Below are positions 27,015 to 36,697 of a DNA stretch of 64,000 bases, one piece after another. The DNA lies in contig CBDDEL010000016.1 of NCBI GenBank assembly GCA_965226885.1, forward strand, positions 108,513 to 172,512, written 5' to 3'. Numbering within the stretch: position 1 is the stretch's first letter; every line of letters starts with the position of its first letter. The notes below the pieces were generated by a model. That model did no database searches. It was not told the DNA's origin and worked only from the letters and a program-made list of their open reading frames with translations. This DNA comes from Opitutales bacterium (GTDB lineage: Bacteria > Verrucomicrobiota > Verrucomicrobiia > Opitutales > UBA2987). Made by a program: the position numbers and the translations under genes.

Positions 27015-28595
27015 TTATTTCGACTTTTTCTGCAATTTGTACTCGACCGAGTCCTTGAGGGCTTCCCAACTGGCTTCGATGATATTGTCGCTGGCGCCCA
27101 CGGTTCCCCAGATTTCCTCCCCGTCGGTGGTCTCGATTTGCACCCGAATGCGCGCATCGGCACCCTTTCCGCTTTCCAGAATGCGGACTTTGAAATCGCT
27201 TAAGGAAACTTTTTTTATTTCCGGGTAAGCTTTTACGAGAGCCTTGCGCAGGGCATGATCGAGTGCGCCAACCGGTCCCGTCGCCTCGGCCACTTCGTGG
27301 TGTTCTTCATCCCCGACTTTCAACTTGACGGTGGCTTCCGATACCATTTCCCCGCGCGCTTCATCCCGCTCCACGATTACCCGGTATCCGATCAGTTCAA
27401 AATACTCTTTCTTTTCCTTAAGCCATTTGGAGAGGAGCAGTTTGAATGAAGCGTCGGCCGCCTCATATTCGTAGCCCTGAAATTCCAAACGTTTCAACTC
27501 GGCCAGAAATTCTTTCAGCGACTCTTCATTTTGCTCCATATTGACACCGATATTATGGGCCTTCATAATAATGCTGCTGCGGCCTGACATATCGGAAATG
27601 AGCACCCGCTGGTGATTGCCCACCAAAGCGGGGTCCACATGTTCATAGCTTCGGGCTACCTTGGAAGCCGCATTGGCATGCACCCCTCCTTTATGGGCGA
27701 AAGCGCTGGAACCGATAAAGGGCGCTTTGCTGTCGGGGCGCAAGTTAGCCAAATCGTCAACAAAGAAGGAAAGATCGCGCAGTTTTTCCAGGTTTTTACC
27801 GCAAGTGAGGGAAACACCCATTTTCACCACCAGATTGGGAATAATCGATGTCAGGTTGGCATTGCCGATCCTCTCCCCGAAACCGTTAAAGGTTCCCTGC
27901 ACCATAATGGCGCCAGCTTCGACTCCGGCCAGCGATACGGCCACTCCCACTCCGGAATCGTTATGGCAGTGTACACCGATCTTTGCCTGCGGAAAATCGG
28001 TAATTACATCGGCGGTGATTTTCTTCAATTCTTGAACTAATTTACCACCGTTAGTATCGCAAAGCGCAATATAGGCAGCGCCGCCCTTTAGAGCGGCCTC
28101 AATCGTTTTCTTGGCATATTCTTTATCATCCGAGTAACCGTCGTAAAAATGTTCCGCATCGTAGATCACTTCCCTGCCCTCTTCGGCCAGAAAACGCACC
28201 GATTCCTCGATCATGTGAAGATTTTCGGCCGCTGTTGTGCGCAAAACTTCTTCTACGTGGAGCAGCCAGCTTTTCCCGAAAATGGTTACAACCGGAGTTT
28301 CCGCCTCAAGCAGAAGTTTCAATTGGGGATCGTCTTCCGCTTTAATATTTGCCCGTCTTGTGGATCCAAAGGCAGCCAACTTGGCGTGATTCAATTGCAG
28401 GTTTTTGGCTTTTTCAAAATAAGCCATGTCCCTCGGGTTGGATCCCGGCCATCCGCCCTCGATATAGTCGATCCCGAACTGATCCAGTTTCTCGGTCAAT
28501 CTCAGTTTAGAAGAGACGGAAAAGGAGATTCCCTCGCCCTGAGTGCCGTCCCTCAAGGTGGTATCGTATATGAGAACGTGCTGCTTTTCACTCAT
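27015..28595 (-). CDS. cimA: (R)-citramalate synthase (LeuA-family, CimA type)
   Basis: 526 aa; IYDTTLRDGTQGEGISFS...YIEGGWPGSNPRD and C-terminal LeuA-dimer-like domain; next to thrC. Confidence 0.75.
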   Translation of the reverse strand: MSEKQHVLIYDTTLRDGTQGEGISFSVSSKLRLTEKLDQFGIDYIEGGWPGSNPRDMAYFEKAKNLQLNHAKLAAFGSTRRANIKAEDDPQLKLLLEAETPVVTIFGKSWLLHVEEVLRTTAAENLHMIEESVRFLAEEGREVIYDAEHFYDGYSDDKEYAKKTIEAALKGGAAYIALCDTNGGKLVQELKKITADVITDFPQAKIGVHCHNDSGVGVAVSLAGVEAGAIMVQGTFNGFGERIGNANLTSIIPNLVVKMGVSLTCGKNLEKLRDLSFFVDDLANLRPDSKAPFIGSSAFAHKGGVHANAASKVARSYEHVDPALVGNHQRVLISDMSGRSSIIMKAHNIGVNMEQNEESLKEFLAELKRLEFQGYEYEAADASFKLLLSKWLKEKKEYFELIGYRVIVERDEARGEMVSEATVKLKVGDEEHHEVAEATGPVGALDHALRKALVKAYPEIKKVSLSDFKVRILESGKGADARIRVQIETTDGEEIWGTVGASDNIIEASWEALKDSVEYKLQKKSK

Positions 28596-28623
28596 GTCGC
28601 TAAGTATTTAGTACCGTGGCCTA

Positions 28624-29985
28624 TCAAGCGGAAGAATGATGACGAATAAAATTCTGAATGTCTACTTTATCGGCTGAAATCGAATATTTGACAACCTTCC
28701 TGGTCTTCAATTTTTCCAGAGACTCCGCTTTGGCCTCAACACCGGTGGCCCGAAGAATGGTTTCCGGAAATTTGGCCGGGTGGGCCGTGGCAAGCAGAAT
28801 GCTTGTTTTCCCTTCATCAATTTCCTTGAAAGAGCAAGCGGTATGAGGGTCCGCCAAATAACCGTATTTATCATAGACCCGGCCGATAATCGCTTCAATA
28901 TCTGCGTCCGTAGCGGCGGAACTGCTGAAGTTGTTCTTTTGAAAATCCTTGAATTCGTAGCAGCCGGTGGAATTGAATTCGCTCATAACCTTGCGCACCC
29001 GTGAGCCATCCTCGCCTTCCGCGTAGTAGATAAAGCGCTCGAAATTGGACGCGACCTGGATATCCATGGAAGGCGCGCAACTGGGTTGGAGTTTTCCCAA
29101 TTCATAACATCCCGAACGGAAAAGCCGGTGCAGGATGTCATTCTGGTTGGTGGCTATCTTAAAACCGGCAACGGACAGTCCCATCTTGCTGGCCAACCAG
29201 CCGGCCAGCACATTCCCGAAATTTCCCGTCGGTACGACAAATTCGACACCGTCCCTTTTTTCGGACGGAAGCTGAAACCAAGCATAAATGTAATATACGC
29301 ATTGGGCGATGATCCGCGCCAGATTAATCGAATTTACGGCTGATAGCCCGAACTGCTGTTTAAACGGTTCTTCTTCGAATACTTCCTTGAGGACATTCTG
29401 GGCATCATCGAACGATCCCTCAATGGACAGGGGGAATACATTATCGGCCCCCGTGCAGGTCATTTGGCGTTCCTGCAATGGGGAGACACGGCCCTCGGGA
29501 TATAGGATAAAAATATTAACTCCCTCCTTGCCCAAAAGCCCATGGATGGCGGCCGCTCCCGTATCGCCGGAGGTGGCGCCCAGGATATTCAGTTGTTTGC
29601 CGTCAACGCGTATTTGCTCTTCATAAAGGTTGCCCAGCAATTGCAGGGCGAAATCCTTGAAGGCCAGGGTGGGGCCATGAAACAACTCAAGGACATGGAG
29701 ATTTTCCTCAAGCTGCACCAACGGCGCCACTTTTTCATGGTCAAATTTTCCATAAGAATTGAAAACAACCGACCGCAGGGTGTCTTCATCCATATCGGTC
29801 GCAAAAAGCCGAAAAAAGGCAAAGGTCAGCTCCCGGTAGGAAAGGCTCTCCCATTTTCCCAAATCGGGAGCGATATCGGGCAGTTCTTCCGGTAAAAAAA
29901 GGCCTCCGTCTGGAGCCAGGCCGGTGGCCACTGCCTGGGAGAAACCGACCGGCGGGCATTGCCCTCGCGTGCTCACATACCTCAT
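28624..29985 (-). CDS. thrC: threonine synthase
   Basis: MRYVSTRGQ N-terminus, PLP-lysine context GPTLAFKDFALQ; 453 aa. Confidence 0.92.
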   Translation of the reverse strand: MRYVSTRGQCPPVGFSQAVATGLAPDGGLFLPEELPDIAPDLGKWESLSYRELTFAFFRLFATDMDEDTLRSVVFNSYGKFDHEKVAPLVQLEENLHVLELFHGPTLAFKDFALQLLGNLYEEQIRVDGKQLNILGATSGDTGAAAIHGLLGKEGVNIFILYPEGRVSPLQERQMTCTGADNVFPLSIEGSFDDAQNVLKEVFEEEPFKQQFGLSAVNSINLARIIAQCVYYIYAWFQLPSEKRDGVEFVVPTGNFGNVLAGWLASKMGLSVAGFKIATNQNDILHRLFRSGCYELGKLQPSCAPSMDIQVASNFERFIYYAEGEDGSRVRKVMSEFNSTGCYEFKDFQKNNFSSSAATDADIEAIIGRVYDKYGYLADPHTACSFKEIDEGKTSILLATAHPAKFPETILRATGVEAKAESLEKLKTRKVVKYSISADKVDIQNFIRHHSSA

Positions 29986-29990
29986 TGAAC

Positions 29991-31214
29991 TTAGGTCGCT
30001 TCCTTTTCCAGTTCAAAGGCGTCGTGGACCAGACGCAAACCCTCGTCGGCCCTCTCGGCATCGATGGCAACCGAAATTTTAATCTCCGAAGTGCTAATCA
30101 ATTGTATGTTGATGCCCGCTTCGGCCAGGGCCGTAAAGAGCTTCGCGGCGACGCCGCAATGGGTGCGCATGCCCACCCCCACAACCGATAATTTTGCAAT
30201 CGGGTCAACCGCCACAACCTTGCCGCCGCCCATTTTTTCGAGAATGCTTCCGACCGCTTTTTCCGCCCGGTAGGCATCTTCCAGGGGAGCCGAAAAAGTT
30301 AGATTGGCGACGCCGCCATGCCCTATATTCTGGACGATCATATCGACATTTATTTGAGCATCGGCAAGCGTCTGGAAAACCTTGGCGGCAGTTCCCGGCT
30401 GGTCGTGCACCTGGCTAACGACAATCTTTACCTGATCTTTGTCCACGGCTGCGCCGCGCACTACAACTTCTTCCATGGAGGTTGCTTCTTTTTTCACAAT
30501 AGTTCCCGGTTGGTTGTTAAAACTGGAGCATACTTCGAAATCGACATCATATTTTTTAGCGAATTCCACGGCCCGCGACTGCATGACTTTGGATCCCAAA
30601 CTGGCCAGCTCAAGCATTTCATCATAACTTAATTGTGGAATCTTGCGGGCTTTGCCCACAACGCGCGGATCGGCCGTATAAACCCCATCCACATCGGTGC
30701 AGATCTGGCAATTGTCCGCCTTGAGCGATGCAGCCAAAGCAATCGCGCTGAGATCGGAGCCGCCTCGGCCGAAAGTGGTAATTTGGTTATCTTGGCTGAC
30801 TCCCTGGAATCCGGCCACAATGACCACATTGCCTTGGGAAAGTTGTTTCCGAATATCACCCGTGTTCATTTTGACAATGCGCGCCCGGGTGTGGGCAAAA
30901 TCGGTTTGGATACCGGCCTGGGCGCCGGTTCTGGAAACGGCGGGCACGCCAATGCTATGCAGAGCGATAGCCATGAGGGCAATGGTTTCCTGTTCGCCTA
31001 CGGTGAGGAGCATGTCCATTTCGCGTTCATCCGGGTCCGGATGCAGGGCATGGGCATCGCTTATAAGACGATTGGTCACTCCTGAGCGCGCGGAAACCAC
31101 CACCACCACCTCGTTGCCCGCATCCCGCGTCTTTTTTACGCGCTGGGCGACATTTCGGATTCGCTCCAGATCGGCCACCGAGGTGCCGCCATATTTTTGC
31201 ACAATAAGCGCCAT
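29991..31214 (-). CDS. lysC: aspartate kinase
   Basis: IVQKYGGTSVADLERI; C-terminal ACT repeats; 407 aa. Confidence 0.92.
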   Translation of the reverse strand: MALIVQKYGGTSVADLERIRNVAQRVKKTRDAGNEVVVVVSARSGVTNRLISDAHALHPDPDEREMDMLLTVGEQETIALMAIALHSIGVPAVSRTGAQAGIQTDFAHTRARIVKMNTGDIRKQLSQGNVVIVAGFQGVSQDNQITTFGRGGSDLSAIALAASLKADNCQICTDVDGVYTADPRVVGKARKIPQLSYDEMLELASLGSKVMQSRAVEFAKKYDVDFEVCSSFNNQPGTIVKKEATSMEEVVVRGAAVDKDQVKIVVSQVHDQPGTAAKVFQTLADAQINVDMIVQNIGHGGVANLTFSAPLEDAYRAEKAVGSILEKMGGGKVVAVDPIAKLSVVGVGMRTHCGVAAKLFTALAEAGINIQLISTSEIKISVAIDAERADEGLRLVHDAFELEKEAT

Positions 31215-31248
31215 TATATTAATATTCTATGGTTAATAATTGCCTTTA

Positions 31249-32577
31249 TTACTTGAAGTCCGCAATTCGCAACAGGAACGGCTCGCTGAGGACGCTTTTG
31301 AGTTTATGCAGGTTTTTACAGGTCTCCTGAATTATTTGTTCATTGCTGATATGCGTTGTGAGGATGAGGGTGGTTTTCTTGCCCGGCGTCGCTTTAGGTT
31401 GAATTACGCTGGCAATGCTGACCCCTTTCTTCGCCATGATGGCGGCCACCTCGGCCAGCACGGCGGGTTTGTCCACAACGCTCAACCGAATGTAAAATTG
31501 ACCGGATATTTCCGATAAATCAGCCCATTCCACCGCGGAACCAGGTTCCGTTTCACCCGGCAATTCTTCTTCTGCCGGCGGCGTCGAAGGCCTTCCCAAT
31601 AAAGAGGATACGGCATCCATGATATCGCTGATGACGGCGCTGGCGGTGGCGTCCTGCCCTGCCCCGCGACCGATATGGACGGTGGTTCCGACAATGTCTC
31701 CAGTCACGCTGATGCCGTTGTAAACATCGTCCACATGGGCCAGGATATTGTCCTTGGGGATCATGGTGGGATGAACTCGAATGAATATTTTCCGGTTCTT
31801 TGCCTCTCTCGAAATGATGCCGAGAAGTTTAATCTTGTAGCCCAGATCGCGTGCCCACCGGAAATCTTCGAGAGTGATTCGTCGAATTCCCTCGACCGGA
31901 ACTTGCTTTAGGTCCACCCATTTTCCGTGGGCCAGATAACCCAAGATAACGGCTTTATGGGCGGTGTCCCAGCCATCCAGATCAAGGGATTCATCCGCTT
32001 CCACATAGCCCAGACGGCGAGCCTCTTTGATCGTCTCCTCGAAAGTCAGGCCTTCGCAATCCATACGCGTCAGGATATAGTTGCAGGTACCGTTGAGGAT
32101 GCCGTAAATGAGGTCGAAGCGGTTGGCCACCAAACCTTCCCGAATGACTTTAATGATTGGGATGCCCCCGGCCACGCTGGCCTCGAAATAAAAATGACCT
32201 CCGCCCTTGCGTGCGGCTTGGAAAAGCTTTTCTCCATTCAGGCAAAGCAAAGCCTTGTTGGCTGAAACCACCATCTTTCCGCAGCGAAGGGCGGCCAGGG
32301 TCGCTTCTTTGGCCAAAGTGTTACCACCCATCAATTCGCAAACAATATCCACCTTGGGATCGGTTGCCACCGACATGGGATCATTACACAATTTTGAAGC
32401 CGGGATGCGCACAGGGCGTTTTTCTGCGGTATCCCGGACAGCCGCTCGGTGCAGAACAAGGCTGGCGCCCAACCGCCGCTCAAGTTCGGCCCGATTGTGG
32501 TGGATGTGCTTCCAGACGCCCTGACCTACAATGCCGAGTCCTATAAAGCCGATATGAATTTTCCGTCGTTTTGACAT
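31249..32577 (-). CDS. hom: homoserine dehydrogenase
   Basis: IGFIGLGIVGQGVW NAD fold, C-terminal ACT-like domain; 442 aa. Confidence 0.9.
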   Translation of the reverse strand: MSKRRKIHIGFIGLGIVGQGVWKHIHHNRAELERRLGASLVLHRAAVRDTAEKRPVRIPASKLCNDPMSVATDPKVDIVCELMGGNTLAKEATLAALRCGKMVVSANKALLCLNGEKLFQAARKGGGHFYFEASVAGGIPIIKVIREGLVANRFDLIYGILNGTCNYILTRMDCEGLTFEETIKEARRLGYVEADESLDLDGWDTAHKAVILGYLAHGKWVDLKQVPVEGIRRITLEDFRWARDLGYKIKLLGIISREAKNRKIFIRVHPTMIPKDNILAHVDDVYNGISVTGDIVGTTVHIGRGAGQDATASAVISDIMDAVSSLLGRPSTPPAEEELPGETEPGSAVEWADLSEISGQFYIRLSVVDKPAVLAEVAAIMAKKGVSIASVIQPKATPGKKTTLILTTHISNEQIIQETCKNLHKLKSVLSEPFLLRIADFK

Positions 32578-32619
32578 TTCGCTAGGGATTAAGGGAAAAA
32601 AGCGAGCCCAAGCAAGCGC

Positions 32620-33234
32620 TTAACTCTGTTTTTTGCGCTCGGACCGGTTTTCTGTGCCGGCCAGCAGCCTACCGATATTAGAGCGATGGCGAATTAAAAT
32701 AAGTGCGGCCAAAAAAATAGACATAAGAATTCCTTCCATCGACTGATCCAACGCCCAACTGCTCAAAGGTAAACTGAGACCCAGCGCCATGGAGGCCAGT
32801 GAAACATAGCGGGAGGCGAAAAATACGGCTAACCAAACGAGCAGCCCGATGAGCAAAACCCAAGGCATCAAGGTAAGAAGACCGCCAACCGTAACAGCCA
32901 CTCCCTTACCCCCGCGAAATTTGATAAAAATGGAAAAGCTATGTCCCAAAATCGCGGCCAGGAGACCGATTATGCCCAAAACCAAAGAAATGGAGGCGTC
33001 CGCAAACACCAGTTGAGGCCAACCCGCGGCCACTGTCCCTTTGAGGGCATCAAGCAGAAAACAGAAATTGCCGGCTCCTTTGCCGACGGCCCGCTTGACA
33101 TTGGTGGCTCCGGGATTGCCACTGCCCACCTTGAGGATATCGACCCCTTTGACCCGTCCGATGATGACGGCAAAAGGAACCGATCCCAAAAGGTAGCCCG
33201 CTACCGCAATTGCCAAAATATTTATAAAAGTCAT
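32620..33234 (-). CDS. plsY: glycerol-3-phosphate acyltransferase PlsY
   Basis: GSGNPGATNV; 204 aa polytopic. Confidence 0.9.
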   Translation of the reverse strand: MTFINILAIAVAGYLLGSVPFAVIIGRVKGVDILKVGSGNPGATNVKRAVGKGAGNFCFLLDALKGTVAAGWPQLVFADASISLVLGIIGLLAAILGHSFSIFIKFRGGKGVAVTVGGLLTLMPWVLLIGLLVWLAVFFASRYVSLASMALGLSLPLSSWALDQSMEGILMSIFLAALILIRHRSNIGRLLAGTENRSERKKQS

Positions 33235-33395
33235 TTGATATCTACAATGGATTCATTTGTCATGGACCCGGATGGATTTAAGAGAAGGTGAATAAATTTG
33301 CCCTCTTTGGCAAAACTCGCAATCCATTTGTGACGCGCTCAATCGAATTGGGGTAATCGCATATTGTTTGAATCGGGTTTTCAGCAGGGGAAATT

Positions 33396-33423
33396 ATATT
33401 GGAGACAATATATTGGAGACAAA
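33396..33423 (+). repeat. 14-bp tandem duplication ATATTGGAGACAA(T/A) x2
   Basis: 13/14 identity; covers RBS-like GGAGA and candidate TTG start of the TPR gene. Confidence 0.85.
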
Positions 33424-33614
33424 AAAGGAAATTCCAAATCCTTTAAAGTCTGCCGCGGCAGAGAGTTATCGCCTTGGATTGGAGTCATATAAAAATGGGC
33501 ACCTCAATGTGGCATTTACCCATTTCTCCACCGCGGTTGGGTAGTGTATAAAAAAAGAATGTTATTTTGTATTTTTAGCTGTACAAATAGCGTTAGGCAG
33601 TTTATTCTTAGTGC

Positions 33615-33920
33615 ATGGTTACTAAAATTATTAATTGTCGGCACTGTGGAAGTGAAAATATCATTAAATTTGGCAAGACGCCCAACCATAAACAGCGCTA
33701 CCGCTGCCATGATTGTGGTAAACAAAGCCGCGAAAACCCCACAGTGAAATACACCGAAGAGCAAAAAGAAATGATCCTTCGAGTCTATCAGGAACGCAGC
33801 AGTCTACGCGGTTTACAGCGCGCCTTCGGGGTGAGTCCCAACACCGTTTTGAGTTGGTTAAAAAAAACGACAATCGCTGCGACCGCTCAAAAGCACGATT
33901 CTTGCGGCCCGCCGCCATGA
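33615..33920 (+). CDS. insA: IS1 InsA-like zinc-finger protein
   Basis: CRHCGSENIIKFGKTPNHKQRYRCHDCGK; HTH-like C-half. Confidence 0.85.
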   Translation: MVTKIINCRHCGSENIIKFGKTPNHKQRYRCHDCGKQSRENPTVKYTEEQKEMILRVYQERSSLRGLQRAFGVSPNTVLSWLKKTTIAATAQKHDSCGPPP

Positions 33921-34332
33921 TGTCATTGAACTGGACGAACTGTGGTCTTTTGTGGGGCGCAAGAGCGATGCCCAATGGGTTTGGATCGCTCTTTGCCGAC
34001 GCACCCGTCAAATCCTCTCCTATGCCATTGGGCCTCGGGATTGGTATCGTTGCCGGGAACTTTACGAGCGTCTGCCACGGGCCTACAAAAGATGTGCCAC
34101 CTACAGCGACTTTTGGAGCACTTATGATGAAGTCTTTCCTCATAACCGATCCGTGGGAAAAGAAACCGGTGAAACGGCCCATGTGGAACGATGGAACAAT
34201 ACCCTGCGCCAACGACTGGGTCGTTTCACACGCAAAACCCTCTCCTTTTCCAAGCTTAAGAGTATGCATGAAACCTGTCTGAGACTTTTCATTCATCAAT
34301 ATAATCAAGAATTAGCCACCATTCCTACTTAA
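33862..34332 (+). CDS. insB: IS1 InsB-like transposase frame (no own ATG; open from inside the A8 run)
   Basis: ELDELWSFVGRK, DFWSTYDEVF, HVERWNNTLRQRL; frame is +1 relative to insA; listed ORF starts at GTG 33952. Confidence 0.8.
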   Translation, partial: KKRQSLRPLKSTILAARRHDVIELDELWSFVGRKSDAQWVWIALCRRTRQILSYAIGPRDWYRCRELYERLPRAYKRCATYSDFWSTYDEVFPHNRSVGKETGETAHVERWNNTLRQRLGRFTRKTLSFSKLKSMHETCLRLFIHQYNQELATIPT

Positions 34333-34824
34333 TACACTACCCGCGGTTGAATTAAACCCCAACTTGGCGGACGCCCTCTACCACATCGGTCTTATCTATA
34401 CAGAGATGGATGATTTCGATTTATCCGAAAGATTTTACAATATGGCCCTGGGGGCCGACCCCAACCATATCAGGGCGAAAAGAAAACTTGGCCTGGAAAA
34501 AGATAAATCCGCCAGCGCCCCGATAAAAATTACGGATACAGACTTTTATTATCATTATTATCATTTATTGAAAGAAGGCACGCCGGAAGCGGCTAAAATT
34601 CTCGAGAGCCTGAAGAAAATGGATTTTGATCTAGATCTAAAACCTCGTTCTCAAACCCTGGAACAGATCCTGCGGTTCATCGTAGCCTTCCTGAAACTTC
34701 TCGTGCCGGCCGCCCTGGCCGGATTTTTTGTCGGCATGGGTCTGAGCGCGATGGGGTTTGGGTCGTTTTTGACGATAGCCTTTTTATCCGGGGCGATTAT
34801 TTTTTTGGTTCAGGTCATCGAAAA

Positions 34825-34855
34825 ATACCGTTAAACGGTAACGGTATTTTTATTT
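34825..34855. terminator. candidate bidirectional rho-independent terminator
   Basis: 9-bp perfect stem ATACCGTTA / TAACGGTAT, 5-nt loop, A5 on the left and T5 on the right; overlaps TPR gene stop. Confidence 0.6.
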
Positions 34856-34880
34856 GGCTGTCGGCTCATTCGCTAAAATA

Positions 34881-36697
34881 GAGGCTGTCCCAAAAATATA
34901 AAGATTTTATAGTCAACTGGATGACGTTGATAAAAAGAGCCGGAAAGAGCAAGTTTTTGCTCGATCCGGCCAAAAAAGGGTTCTATAATTGAGTTAGCGA
35001 AAATCAATATAGCCCTTTCTATGAAAAATATAGCCATCCAATGCCTCCTGCGTCCAGCTTTAACTGTGGTCGACCGGTGCCTCGATTACGATAACTTCCG
35101 CGCCACCATTGATCGAATCGATCGGCTGCTGATCGACTCGGAGGTGGAATCGCAGGCCATTGAGCTGGCCTTGGAGGGGTGGCCGCCAATGGGTCTAAAG
35201 GCCCGGCGGCAGCGGGCCAGTTTTGCCATCAAGGCACTGCGCATGGATACGCTGGGCCGTCTGCTCGGAGGGATTTCGTTTCGGCATTTGTCGCGGGCTC
35301 TGGGCAGCAGCGATCTGTTGGCCGACTTTTGCCGTGTCCGGCAGATCGATGGCATCAGGGGCATCTCCAAAAGCACCCTGGAGCGGGCCTCGAAGTTTTT
35401 CAGCGAAGAGCAGTTGAGGGCCTTGCACCGGACCTTGACTGAGGTGGTGGGCGATGCCCTTCTGGCCCGGCAGGTGGGATTGGACAAGCCGATTGACACC
35501 ACCATTTGCCTGATCGACGGCACCTGTTTGGAGGCTAACATTCATTGGCCGACGGACTGGGTATTACTCAAGGATGTAGCCGGCACGTTGCTCAAAGCGA
35601 TCCGGCTGATCCGCGAGAAGGCCGGTGTGCGCCATCGCATGCCGATCGAACCGGAGCCCTTGGCTCGGCAGATGAATCGGCTGTGCATACAGATGACCCA
35701 CAGCCGGCGGCGAAAGGACAGCGCGCGGCAGCGCAAGGGTATCTTGAGGCAGATGAAAAAGCTGCTCAAACGGATCGGGGAGCATGCCCGCAGTCACCGG
35801 GAATTATTGCAAGCCTGCTGGGAGCAAAGCGATTACAGCGAAAAACAGGTCCAACAGATCCTCGCCCGGATGGAGCGCATGAGCGAGCAAATCCCGGTGG
35901 TCATCAAACAGGCGCACGAGCGGATCATTGGCGGCCGCCAGGTGAAAAACGCAGAGAAAGTCTTGAGTGTTTACGAACTCGATGTGCAGGTGATTGTGCG
36001 AGGTAAAGCGGGCCAAGAGGTCGAGTTCGGCAACACCCTGTTTTTGGGAGAAAGCGTTGAAGGGTACCTGCTGGACTGGAAACTCTACGGCAGCCGAACT
36101 CCAAGCGAAAATGAACAAATGCAAGAGAGTTTGCAAAGACAGAACCGCTTCAACCTGGAAGAACCCATAGCGGCCATGTGCGCGGACCGGGGATTTGCCT
36201 CCCAGCGGGCCCGCCGGCAGTTAGCCCAGGAGGGAATCTACGACGCGCTCTGTCCACGCGATCCGAAGCAGTTGAAAAAACGGATGGAGGAACCACTGTT
36301 CAGGCAATTGCAAAAGCGCCGGGCCAGCACCGAAGGGCGGATCGGGGTATTGAAGAATCGCTGGCAGGCCGGGCGGTTGCGCAGCAAAGGCTTTGCCAAC
36401 CGCTCGATCAGCGTAGCCTGGTCGGTACTCTCGCACAACCTATGGAAAGTAGCCAAGATGCTGGCCCAGCAAGACGAACTAAAAACCAAAGCGGCGGCCT
36501 AGAGAGCGGAAAAGCAAGGACAATACTTTTTCACAGCCGTACTGTCGGCTCATACAAAGAAAACCAGGCAACCGGACCCCAAAACCAGTATCCTAACGTC
36601 ATAGAAGAGCAAAGTTGATACTCTCCCAAATGCAAATACCTCTAAAATGAGCGCCTATCAAAAGCCCTCGCAAAAATCACCCTTTTGGGACAGCCTC
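34881..36697 (+). mobile_element. IS5-like element copy A (intact, 1817 bp)
   Basis: Terminal IRs GAGGCTGTCCCAAAA / TTTTGGGACAGCCTC; TAAAATA direct repeats at 34874-34880 and 36698-36704. Confidence 0.88.
35021..36502 (+). CDS. IS4/IS5-superfamily DDE transposase (493 aa)
   Basis: LIDGTCLEANIHWPTDWVLLKD (InsH-like first Asp region), CADRGFAS, RRASTEGRIGVLKNRW (R-x3-E-x6-K). Confidence 0.8.
   Translation: MKNIAIQCLLRPALTVVDRCLDYDNFRATIDRIDRLLIDSEVESQAIELALEGWPPMGLKARRQRASFAIKALRMDTLGRLLGGISFRHLSRALGSSDLLADFCRVRQIDGIRGISKSTLERASKFFSEEQLRALHRTLTEVVGDALLARQVGLDKPIDTTICLIDGTCLEANIHWPTDWVLLKDVAGTLLKAIRLIREKAGVRHRMPIEPEPLARQMNRLCIQMTHSRRRKDSARQRKGILRQMKKLLKRIGEHARSHRELLQACWEQSDYSEKQVQQILARMERMSEQIPVVIKQAHERIIGGRQVKNAEKVLSVYELDVQVIVRGKAGQEVEFGNTLFLGESVEGYLLDWKLYGSRTPSENEQMQESLQRQNRFNLEEPIAAMCADRGFASQRARRQLAQEGIYDALCPRDPKQLKKRMEEPLFRQLQKRRASTEGRIGVLKNRWQAGRLRSKGFANRSISVAWSVLSHNLWKVAKMLAQQDELKTKAAA

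Larger units (their letters stand above)
33540..34341 (+). mobile_element. IS1-family insertion sequence, copy 1 (802 bp)
   Basis: Terminal IRs GGTAGTGTAT.../...ATACACTACC; 8-bp direct repeat CGCGGTTG at 33532-33539 and 34342-34349; second copy at 61457-62258. Confidence 0.88.
33413..34834 (+). pseudogene. TPR-repeat protein gene split by IS1 (parts 33413-33539 and 34342-34834)
   Basis: Removing IS1 and one CGCGGTTG repeat joins ...NVAFTHFSTAV to ELNPNLADALYHIGLIYTEMDDF... in frame (TPR consensus); start (TTG 33413) uncertain. Confidence 0.6.

Noticed and set aside
33664-34308. 214-aa ORF antisense to nearly the whole IS1 (also 61490..62134)
   Set aside because: It is present in both copies only because the copies are near-identical. 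There is no motif and no independent conservation evidence is available.
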